A model generated the notes under the pieces. The model ran no database searches, was not told where the DNA came from, and worked only from the letters and a program-made list of their open reading frames with translations. A program made the translations under genes and the position numbers. This document shows, piece by piece, positions 51,901 through 62,100 of a DNA stretch of 64,000 nucleotides. Where the stretch lies: assembly GCA_032718475.1 (NCBI GenBank), contig JAUCBJ010007253.1, positions 156,974 through 220,973 of the forward strand, given 5' to 3'. Every line of letters begins with the position of its first letter. The first letter of the stretch is position 1. Source of the stretch: Nemertoderma westbladi. Taxonomy: Eukaryota > Animalia > Xenacoelomorpha.

Positions 51901-52190
51901 TGTGAGACGTCGGCGAGGGTAAATTCCCAGTTCATCCGGCCAAGGTTTAAGTTCAGGGGAATATCCCGAGTTCCATACGTACGTATTGTGCTGCCGTTCG
52001 CGGCAACTAGCGGGTCGGTCAGTGTGGGAAAACGCCGTTCTCGTGGGGAGGCGGGAAAAACGCTCACCTCGGCCCCAGAGTCGATGAGGAAACGCAGACC
52101 GGTGTTTTTATCCCAAACGTAGAGTAGGCGACTGGAACTACTCCGACCAGCTGAACTCGTCGCCACTAGCGGCTGGTCGGGCCGTTTCCC
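48989..52190 (-). CDS. Gypsy pol (PR-RT-RH-IN) of the right unit, frameshifted at G19 (49919-49937)
   Basis: ORFs 49668-52205 and 48989-50266 join at the homopolymer: [26 protein letters not shown]. Confidence 0.92.
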
Positions 52191-52840
52191 GCCGGGAACG
52201 TGCACGGCCCACGGCAGTTCTTGGCTTTGGTACCGTACTTAGCATGGTACCAGCACAAGGTGGAGTCGCTGACGCGGCGATCGGATGTGCTCATCTTCGG
52301 TGGCGGTTTATCGCCTCGCGGTGGGCGACTAACTCCGTACGCCGGGGTTTGCTGAGCCTTCGCCTCGATGACGGCGTCGGCAGCGTTTGTGAGTTCGTGC
52401 ACATCAGTGAGTTTGAGCGCGGAAACGGTTATCCGGACATCGTCGGGAAGCTGTTGAAGGAACAGCTGGAGGAAGAGGTGGTCGACTGGGTTGGTGCCGT
52501 GTAGGGCGAGCATGTAGTCGAGCAGCTCCGTTGGTTTCCTGTCACCGAGTCCCGGTAGGTTTAGTAGTTTTGCAGCCTTTTGGTTGGGGGTGAGGCTGTA
52601 AACTCGGAGCAGTGCGGCTTTCAGGAACTCGTATTTTCCTGTTGCAGGCGGGTTGGAAATGGTGGCTACTAACCGACTGGCCACGGTCTGGTCGAGCGCG
52701 GCAACGACGTAATAGTACCGCGTTTCGTCCGCGGTTATAGCGCGTGTGGCGAACTGGGCTTCGGCTTGGAGGAACCACACGTTGGGTTCCAGGGGCCAGA
52801 AACAGGGAAGTTTCAGCGAAACGGCGTTCTGTTCGGCCAT
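52166..52840 (-). CDS. Gypsy gag of the right unit
   Basis: Same 224-aa protein as 47920-48594. Confidence 0.9.
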   Translation of the reverse strand: MAEQNAVSLKLPCFWPLEPNVWFLQAEAQFATRAITADETRYYYVVAALDQTVASRLVATISNPPATGKYEFLKAALLRVYSLTPNQKAAKLLNLPGLGDRKPTELLDYMLALHGTNPVDHLFLQLFLQQLPDDVRITVSALKLTDVHELTNAADAVIEAKAQQTPAYGVSRPPRGDKPPPKMSTSDRRVSDSTLCWYHAKYGTKAKNCRGPCTFPAGNGPTSR

Positions 52841-52917
52841 GGCTGAGCAGCTGAGTTCGCGTTCGTCCGGGCTGACTTGTGGTTGTGGTCGCGTGTCGAT
52901 TGGTAGACTAGAATCGC

Positions 52918-52928
52918 CGGGTCACCAA
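52918..52928 (-). promoter_or_regulatory. Gypsy PBS, probably tRNA-Trp (second copy at 48672-48682)
   Basis: TGGTGACCCG one base after the LTR; resembles the tRNA-Trp PBS TGGTGACCCCG. Confidence 0.7.
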
Positions 52929-53225
52929 TGTAGGTACGCTGAGAGTCGTCTCTTTAGCGTCCCACTTTATAACATTATAATATTATAGCAAAATATAAGA
53001 ATAGGTTTTATATTAGTGAGTTATATTGTCAATATTATGTTCAGACAATCAGAAGCCTGACAGCCTAAAGCAGTAGGCCTAAGTGCTACAGTATTGCACT
53101 GTATACTGAAAGTATATTCTCTAGTTGGGGCGAGCCATTCCGTGGGCGAGCCAACTAGTGAGTTATATTGAGCCAAGGGTCTATCAGTATCTTTTGTGTG
53201 CCCTTGTCCATGGTAGTCCGCTACA
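52929..53225 (-). repeat. Gypsy 5' LTR
   Basis: 297-bp repeat with adjacent PBS; TSD ACCC follows on the plus strand. Confidence 0.95.
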
Positions 53226-54793
53226 ACCCTACTTTTGGCTCTTTTTTTGAGACGTTTTTTGAAAATTGCATTTCATTAAATATGAATTGTAACATCTCTA
53301 TTATTGATTTACACCGGTTTTTTGGTGTTAGAAATTGGATGGAATTCATATAAATTGATTTAGAAATTTCAAACTTGTTTTTTTCGGCGGGTGCCAATTT
53401 TTGGTGCCAGCACCAAATTTTGAAATATGTCAATTTTGTAAATTGATTGTGTGAAACTTGTTTTTTACGCAATTGGGTTTTTTGGGGTTCTGGTTTCGAT
53501 GAAATATATACGAGTTGCACCAAGCGTATCAAACTTGTATTTTTCGGTGGTGGGTGCAAATTTTGGTGCTAGCACAAAATTTTGAAAATCCATTTAATTG
53601 ATAAAATTATTTGTGACAATTTATTTCTTGCGTTTTAGAGGTTTATGGCTATTCTGAATTGAATGGAATATATAATTTTCGATCTAGGCATCTCAAACGT
53701 GTATTTTTCGGAAGTGGGTGCAAAATGTGGTGCTATAGCACCAAATTTTGAAAACCATCAAATATATAAATTGATTGTGTCACCTTGTTTCTTGCGTTAT
53801 ACGGGTTTGTGAGGGTTCTGAATTCAATGGAATCAGTAAAAATTTCATGAGAGTTTTCAAACTTGTATTTTTCGCCGGTGGGTGAAAATTGTTGTGCCAG
53901 CACCAAATTTTGGAAAATAAGCAAATTGATCAGTAGATAGTATCATCTTGTTTATTGCGTTATACGGGTTTATGAGGGTCATGAATCCGATGGAATCAAT
54001 AAAAACAGCACTGGACATCGCAAACTTGTACTTTTTGGTAATGGGTACAAAATTTGGTCCTAGCACCAAAATTTGCCAAATTACGTCGAAAAATACAAGT
54101 AGCAATGATGGGGAATTTTAGAAATGTATTCCATTAGAATCAGCGCCCTAGAAAACCTGAAAATGTGAATTTATAGCATCGTATAAGTGAATTAAAAATT
54201 TTGTGTTCTAGCTGAAAAGTGCTGGTTACTTGTTTTTTTCATTTTTTTCCGACGCAGAGAGGACTAAACAGCCATTTATAGTAATCATATCATTTTTAAA
54301 TATTTTCCAATGTATTTTGCGCCCCAGAAAACCTGTATTGAAAAACAATTAGACGAAAAATGAAAGTTTCAAATTTTCTGAAAATTGTGCACTACTTGTA
54401 ATTTTGGTGCTGCAATATAACCACCCCAGTACATTTTTTCGAAACATTTTTTTTTCGGTCGGATGCTGACTAGTGATACCTACGTACAAACAAAAAATCA
54501 GACGTTTTCGTAAAAATTTGTAGATTTTAGAGGGGAGGGGGGGGGGGGGGGGGGGGTGGGAGTGGGGGTCAATATGACCCCCCCACCCGGTATTTTTACA
54601 ACATTTTATAGCCCGGTACTAATAGGGTTAAAAACACGGTTCTACAGAACGTCAGATCTACAGACACCCGTACAGTGGTACCTGTATGCTAAGCTCGCTT
54701 ACTTTCGTGGCTCATCCACAAATCACTATAAGCTTGAAGAATAACTGCAGTTTAACTGGTGCAATACCGACGGAGACTCATTTTTCAAAATTA

Positions 54794-55145
54794 GCAGCAG
54801 CTTAGTCTCGTGGTGACATACCTGGGCTGTCATTTAGGAAGCCCGGGTTCGATCCCTAGATGGGGTAGCACTGTTTGAACACAGTGCTTTAAATGCTTCA
54901 GCCTAGCCCAACCCTGGGTTTCATCCTTGACTGGTCGAAATGGGAACCAAGCCAACTTGGGAAACAGACTGGAAGGGTTTACTGTAGAAGATCACCCATT
55001 GTGGTAAACAGGTATTCCTTTAGGAAACAGAGTGGAAGGGTTTACTGTGGAAGATCGCCCATGGAAGGGTTTACTGTGGAAGATCACCCATGGTGGTGAA
55101 CAGGTATTCCTTGGCCTAACGAGCCTAAAAGATTATCCCATTTAT
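54794..55145 (+). mobile_element. tRNA-derived SINE with internal duplications
   Basis: A box TAGTCTCGTGG (54803), B box GGTTCGATCC (54846), and three copies of TGGAAGGGTTTACTGT. Confidence 0.65.
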
Positions 55146-55413
55146 TAAGATTTGTAAAATAATGCGGTAACAGTGTTTTCTACTACACCTTGACTTTATA
55201 GTTATTCATTGTTGCAATTCTAATAGTTTATAGGAAACCACTTGAGTGACTAACATAAGCCTCGCAATTGACATGTGCCACACCGAAAGGACTTAATTCC
55301 TAATCAGGCACCGCACCGGTTTCGAGCTGTAGACTCCTGTAGGAGTTGCTCAAACAACCCAACACTAATTACCTGTATTTTTCTATCATCCGTACTTATT
55401 ATTATTATTACAG

Positions 55414-55627
55414 GCTATTCCGGGGCCAACAATGGAATCTTTGTTGTCGATTTCGAGCGCGGATTTCTTGGCTATGCAAATAATAATACGAGAGTAAGGA
55501 ATACCGAATATTGGAATGACCCAGGAAAGGCTCATCTGTCTCCGTCATTACATCCGATCGTGTATTACTACAAAAAGCTGCCATCTTACCCGGATATACA
55601 AGAAATTCCAATCTATCTTGACATGAG
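55414..55627 (+). CDS. FOXRED2: FOXRED2-like gene B, exon 4
   Basis: TTACAG|GCTAT...ATGAG|GTTGGT. AHLSPSLHPIVYYYKKLP aligns with gene A exon 3; phase fits gene B exon 3. Confidence 0.82.
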
Positions 55628-55740
55628 GTTGGTTATGTTTTTTATTCCAAAATTATAACATTACTCAAAGCCGTTAGTATTAACAGCGAGTTGGTATTTA
55701 AAACTTTAAAACTTTAGAGGACATTACAGCATTGTATTGT

Positions 55741-56925
55741 TGTAAAAGCTTTTGTGGGATAACTGATTCGTTTGCCTTGCTAACCAGTTCCCCCCAGGCG
55801 CTGGAATACTCTAAAAAGGGATCTATAACTCGAATAGTGCAAGCTACCGGCTGATTGGCTGATTTGCTGTGCGAAGGGATCTGGGCTACGTTTGATCGTC
55901 CAACCAGCTTGGGAAGGTTGCCCCACAGCCCTGCTTTCTGTATCTGCCAATAGGATTTCAGTTGGTTTTGATTTCGACCTATCACAGATCTACTGAACTG
56001 AATTTTCCTATCTGTATGCTCATTCTCTGTGGTGGGTGGAAGCTTTTGTAAATAAGGTTATTCTTATCAGTTTTTAGTGTTGTTGGTGATCCTAAGCCAG
56101 GAGAGAGCGGCTTTGGAATATTTTGTGCTTTTCTGTTTTAGCCTTACACTAGTAGGCTTAATTATAAGGACATATATCCGTTATCAACCAACACACTGGT
56201 TAACTGGGATTTCACACTGCACTGCATACTGTGTAACACTGTGCATACTTTTATATTGTTATACTGCTATTTACTGTCGGTTCTTCATAATATGGTTGAT
56301 GAATTATTATATTTGGAATAACGATAAATAACCCCGAAACCCAATATTCTTGATATACCGAAGGTAAGAGAGAAAGGTTACATATAAAGATTGTGACTTA
56401 TGTTAAAGTGGTTTGAAGTGAATCTAATGTTATTTGATAGACCCTACATGATTCGGTCCGTGTTCCTTTTATATGTGACTAAAATCAGTGAAGATCGGCG
56501 GATCAGTGTGCAGTATTGTGCAGCATTGTGTATGAGTGAGACTGATAACGAAGCATTTCCTAAAGAATGCGCCATATATGTGAATTATAACTAAGCCATA
56601 TCGTTGGGAGTAGTTTAAGTCATAACTCTGTTTATATAGATAGAGCGCCACGTCCTAAAGGAACTGTTAATATTCCCGAAGGTGAATAATATTGTCAGAG
56701 ATTATATAATACGATCAGTCGAATAATACAGTAGGCTTACATAGCAATACGATTAAGCCGTCGAACCCAATCTCCCGGGTATATCCAGCGGGTGAATGAT
56801 CGCGCACAGATTGGTTTCGACTAGTGTAGTGAATAAAATACTTGTCAGAGGCTAAAAGCAATTTATTATCTAGAAGACATCCTAATTTGGCGGGTTAAAC
56901 TGCCAAAGGTCTGAAAGCGCGAACA
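55741..56925 (+). repeat. BEL copy 2 5' LTR (1185 bp)
   Basis: TGTAAAAG...GCGAACA; the 5' half is more diverged from copy 1 than the 3' half. Confidence 0.93.
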
Positions 56926-56940
56926 ATAACGGATATATGT
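56926..56940 (+). promoter_or_regulatory. non-tRNA primer-binding site complementary to the element's own LTR (56170-56184)
   Basis: ATAACGGATATATGT is the exact reverse complement of ACATATATCCGTTAT. Confidence 0.78.
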
Positions 56941-59105
56941 TCTGTATTGCAGTAGGCAATAAAGCTGAAGTACCGGTACCGGCAACCGGTACCCAGTAGG
57001 CCTGACTACCTAACCACCCGGACCGGTACCTACAGCAGTACAGGTACAGCAGTATTATTCGATTTTGATTATTATATACCAGTAGGTCTTAATAATTAAT
57101 CGGGGACGCCTGGTTTTTATTGGGATTTTACTTAGGCCTATTTCTGTCAGTTTTATTTATTTGTAGGTCAATATTGAACAGAAGGCGTGTAAGCCTGATC
57201 ATATTGTACAGACAATTTGTAGGCTGAGCTGTTGTCTGATTGTTGTTAAGTCTGAACGGATTGCAGTGTGTGTAGAGCATCTGTCCGATTAAGTACGGTT
57301 AGGAAGTAGGGGCAGCGAACGCTGTAAGGTAAACCCCCAACTAAAGAATAAGTCGCACTACTGGGTTAGAGCGCATACTCCCTAATCATTTCGGAGTCTG
57401 CATGTGCTGTATTTTATTTAGGCTTGAGAGTAGTCTGCCATCGTTTAGTCTGTACTTTGTTTGTGTAGTCTGTACAGGTAGCGTATAATATTTATTTAGA
57501 TAATTTGTAGGCTGGATAGTTGTCTGGCTGTTATTAGGTCTGAACGGATTGTAGTGTGTGTAGAGCCCCTGTCCGATAAAGAACAGTTAGGAAGTAGGGG
57601 CAGCCAATGCTGTAAGGTAAACCCCCATCTAAAGAATAAGTCGTACTACTGAGTTAGAACGCATACTACCTAATCATTTCGGAGTCTGCATATACCGTAG
57701 TTTGTTTAGGCTTGATAGTAGTCTGTTGGTATTTGGTCTGCATTTTGTTTGAGTAGTTTGTACGCGTAGCGTAATATTTATTATTCAGAGTTTATGCGAT
57801 TATCCGCAACATTCATTCCCCAAGTTTGTTCCTACAGTAATTGTGTTTGTTGTACATACCGTTATAGTTAAACTAACCCCGGTACTACACGGGCTGCTAG
57901 GCGTAGGTAAAGACTGGTGATTTTGTGCACCGGTTACTCCAGCAGATGCCGTGGTTCTTTTAACTGTTCAAGTATATTTAACTACTGATTATCTGTTGTA
58001 CAAGTACTCGTACCTAATTTAGGGTTTAGTGTACAGTGCTTTCCGAAAGTTATTAGTGTAGGCATTATATTTGTGTTGTAAAGTGGTTGATAGGCACGTT
58101 CGATTAGCTCTATTAACTTCTAGGTAGGAACACTCCGTGATACATAACGTAGAACCTATAGCGATACGGCTATAGGTCGTCAGGCGGTGGTATTTTCCTA
58201 TCTAGACAACGCAGTGTATTTACTACTACTTATTATTTTCAAATACCGTAGAACCCTGTCCGTTGTAATAACCAGATTTCTAACCCTTTGTTAGGCTGGT
58301 TTGTAGACTTCTTGTAAAATTACCCTAAAAATTCGTATTTTGTGTTTTTTGTAAATTTTTGTGTTTATTTAGAGATTGTAATCTCACCCGAATTGTACGT
58401 AATTTGTAGTATTAAGTAACTTAGATAAAGTAGAATTATTTGTTTTAGTGTCCTATAAGTAACACTTCACTGAAAGCGCACCGCTTTGTGTAGTGATTAC
58501 TCCCCAGAAATAATAACATTTATTTCAAATATTGACAAAACCCATTAAAACGGGTATATATATATTATAAATCAAATCTAACGATTTATAAATAAGTAGG
58601 CCTACCATACAACCATTAGGTCTCAATATCAGTTGGACTACTGCTAAAATAACGGTAATAAAGTAAGTAAAGTAACCAAGTAACCTTAAAATTCAGAAAT
58701 TCAATTATTTAAAATAATTGATATACCGGTATTTACGATAGGCCTATTATCTTTATTTCTATAAATCTAGGCTGAAATTATACCGGTACTTGTAATTAAT
58801 TCTATTCCAGAATTATATATACTACAAACTGTAAGCTGTATACCGGTATTCCCGATAGGCCTATTATATATTTATATATATTTGTGCTAAAATTATACCG
58901 GTATTCTGTGATAAACCTAGTCTGTAATAATACTTATATAGTTATATATACTATAAGTATACCGGTATTCTAATATATTATATATATATCACGCTACACT
59001 GAGTAGCAGTATCGGTAATTAATTACTAGGCTAGCAGTTAATACTGAATTACTAGACTTGCTCAGACTGTAATATAGCAGTAGGCATTCAACTGTACACA
59101 CAAAC

Positions 59106-62100
59106 ATGTCTGATACTAAGCAGAACCTGTCAGACAGTTTATTAGATGTAACTATCTGCGACTCAGATAGAGATGTAGAACCGTCTAGTCATAAGTTCAG
59201 TTCACCTCCCACTGTGAGGAAGGTCATCCCCCCAGTAGTAATAACAGAACCTAGGCTGGTCCAACATCGTAGGTCTATCATAGGCACTCAAGCTCAGGTC
59301 AAGCGGGACCAAGAAGCAGCAGAACAGCAACAACCCGCGAGCCAAGAACTTATTTCTCAGCGGCCCGACAGCTCCAGTAGTGAGGATACTGTAGAGCTGA
59401 CACTCGAGCGCGGAGCAAAGATGACGGATGCGGTTTATTCGGATCCCCTTCTCATCCTTCCTGCAGCCGTACTCACTAGGTTATTGATTGCGGTGGAAGA
59501 ACACCAGATCGATTGGGCGAGAAGTCAGCGATCAACTAAAGATAGTTATGCGGGATACACGAGGGAAGAACTGAAGTCTATTGTCGAGTCGCAATGGAAC
59601 TTCCCCGGACCCGGACTCCCGTTTGATTTATCAGAAGCTGCCTGGGAAGACATACACCGGATGGGAGTAGCCAAGGAAACCATAGATCCAGCTGTGTGGA
59701 AGAGGTCCGCAGCCGGATACGCACAGGGATTCTTCAGCTCTATAGAGCGATTAAAAGAACAACTGTTTCAACAATCTCAAGGACCTCAAGAGCAGGGATT
59801 GCTGCTTTATCAAGTTAGAGAAAGAATTCTACGAATCAGGCTAATATTATCGGCCTTTGAGGAGGCTTCTAAACGAAGACAAGACACGTCGTTGCAAGTT
59901 GCCGTAAAGACTTGGTTTCAACGGGTGAGTCTCCAGGTTCAAGGAACGGCTCAGTGGAAAGCTCAGCTGGAGGAGCGCTCAACCCATGGAGAATCAACAG
60001 ACGCTACTTTTTCCCAAGTGGAAAGTGAAGTGACGGCAGAGAAGCCGCATAAGAGGGATGCCATTGATATCTATTTGTCAGACTATCAACGTTTCTTAGG
60101 TGATGAAGAGTTGAGGAGAAGGTTGGATGGACTTCACCCTAATAGTGAAGGAGCACAGCGTGTGCTTGACGCCATCGACGTGGATAGGTTAGCGGCAAAC
60201 CAAGCTAAATTCGATGAACAACTCCGCATCGCTAGAGACCAAGAAGAAAAGGTAAAGAAAAAACGTATAGAAGACCGAAAGGCAGCGGCAGTAGCAGCAG
60301 CAGTGGAAGCTGCAGAAGCAGAAAGAAAAGCGGCAGCGGCAGAGGCAGCGGCAGAGGCAAAAGCGGCAGCGGCAGTGGCAGCGGCAGAGGCAAAAGCGGC
60401 AGTAGCAGCAGCAGTGGCAGCTGCAGAAGCAGAAAGAAAAGCGGCAGTGGCAGAGGCAGCGGCAGAGGCAAAAGCGGCGGAGGCAGTGGCAGAAGCAGAA
60501 CGGAGAGCGGCTGAAGAAACCACCCAATTAGAATTGGAAAACATTCAGGAGAATCAAGACTGCATAAATAAACAGTTAACAGCTAGTAATATGCAGATGA
60601 TGAATCGATCTACTCCCAAAAGACAGGGATATACATCATCTGAGGAAGGCGATACCACCGATACTGAAGGCAAAGGAAATAGATCTCGTCTAAGCAGACG
60701 TAGAAGAACATCCCACCGTCAGAAATTGCCTGATTTGCCTCCAGCTGTTAGAAGGCAACTAAATAACACCAACTTAGGTAGTACAGAACCCACAGACCAA
60801 ATAATTAAAATAGAAAGACTCCCTACTATAGTAGATGAGCCTGAAATAATTAGGCCTGTTCTTGAAATCACCCCTTCGGTGATAGACACACCTGTGCTCC
60901 CTGAAGTTACCTCTAAATTCCCTCTGCACAGCACTAAGCTACCTGTGCCCAGTAGAACAGCCCATGAGACAGTTCAGGTCCTGGACCCCGAGCGAAATAT
61001 TCATGATTTGTCGCCCGTTGTCCCTCGTCCGCCCGCTACAACGTTGGCGACTCCCGCTTCGGCGGTCGAATGGGTGGACGAGAGACGGCGGGGGATGGAT
61101 CTCCTGCTCGGGCAGATGCAGGAGACTGTTCAGCAATTTAAGGGCACAGTAAGGGAAAGTAGACTAGAGTTGCAAGAAGTGCAGCAAAGTATCGCGCTCA
61201 AACGCGATAAATTAGTAAATACACAAAAGGGTATACCACCACCCTCGGTAACAATGTATCAACCTGTTAGGTCTGAAGTATCTCATGCGCAAGGTGTGGA
61301 GCCTACACGCATATACACTGCTAGCGAAGTAGAAACTCCTATAGTGAACCCTATTAAGGGTAATTATAGACCTGTTGATAATGACATTCCCTATAGACCT
61401 GATCATAATCCGAGAAATTTATATACCGATAATTCGATATTAAATAACACGATGGCCCAAGAAAGTTTTACGCGTCAAATGGCTAGAACCGAAGCCCGGC
61501 AAGCGGTAAAGGTGGGAGAGATCGTCAAGTTCAATGGAGATGAGATGAAATGGTTACCTTTTAATGAATATTACAAAGATAACATACAGAACTCTGTACT
61601 ATCTAATGGAAAGAAACTTAGATTCCTCATCGAGTGCTTGGAAGGATCTCCCAAGTTAATGGCGTTAAAGTTTATTGGACATCCAGACGGATTAAGACAA
61701 GTTTGGGATACACTAAACATCAGGTATGGTAATAGGAATAACATAGCTGGGTATTTGTATGCAAAGTTGGTAGCGCCCCGAAAGTTTATTAGCAGCGGGA
61801 TTATAGAGTTTTCCGATGAAATTCAGGAGATCTGCAGACAATTAGATTGGCTAGGTAAGTCTCATGAGTATCAGAGTGCTATGGTTATTAGAGCAGTGGC
61901 TTCTACTTTACCGAAGGGTGGAGTAGGTACACGCTGGGACAAGAAAGTGTTATACATGATGGAACAACAACAACGAGACCCTACCATGACTTCCATGCCT
62001 ACCATGACATTCTTGGATGGCGAAGTGAAATTACAGCTCATAAAGCAGTCCAGAGAGAAGACATCGGAAAACAAGGTAAGTGAGAAACCCGTCTCCAGAA

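Larger units (their letters stand above)
31660..53225 (-). mobile_element. tandem Ty3/Gypsy retrotransposon (LTR-internal-LTR-internal-LTR)
   Basis: Three 297-bp TG...CA LTRs and two gag-pol units. One 4-bp TSD ACCC at 31656-31659 and 53226-53229. Confidence 0.96.
31473..54627. mobile_element. non-autonomous piggyBac-like DNA element (about 1.6 kb: 31473-31659 plus 53230-54627) split by the Gypsy insertion
   Basis: Right end ...GTACTAATAGGG|TTAA; degenerate left end CCCTTAGTAG without TTAA. Hairpin GGGGGTCAATATGACCCCC near both ends. Internal CACCAAATTTT subrepeats at 53390-54075. No transposase. Confidence 0.55.

Noticed and set aside
45843-52988. Many short plus-strand ORFs over Gypsy
   Set aside because: Antisense shadows of GC-rich gag-pol.
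54794-54870. Possible tRNA gene
   Set aside because: A and B boxes are present but I found no convincing cloverleaf; it continues into a SINE body.
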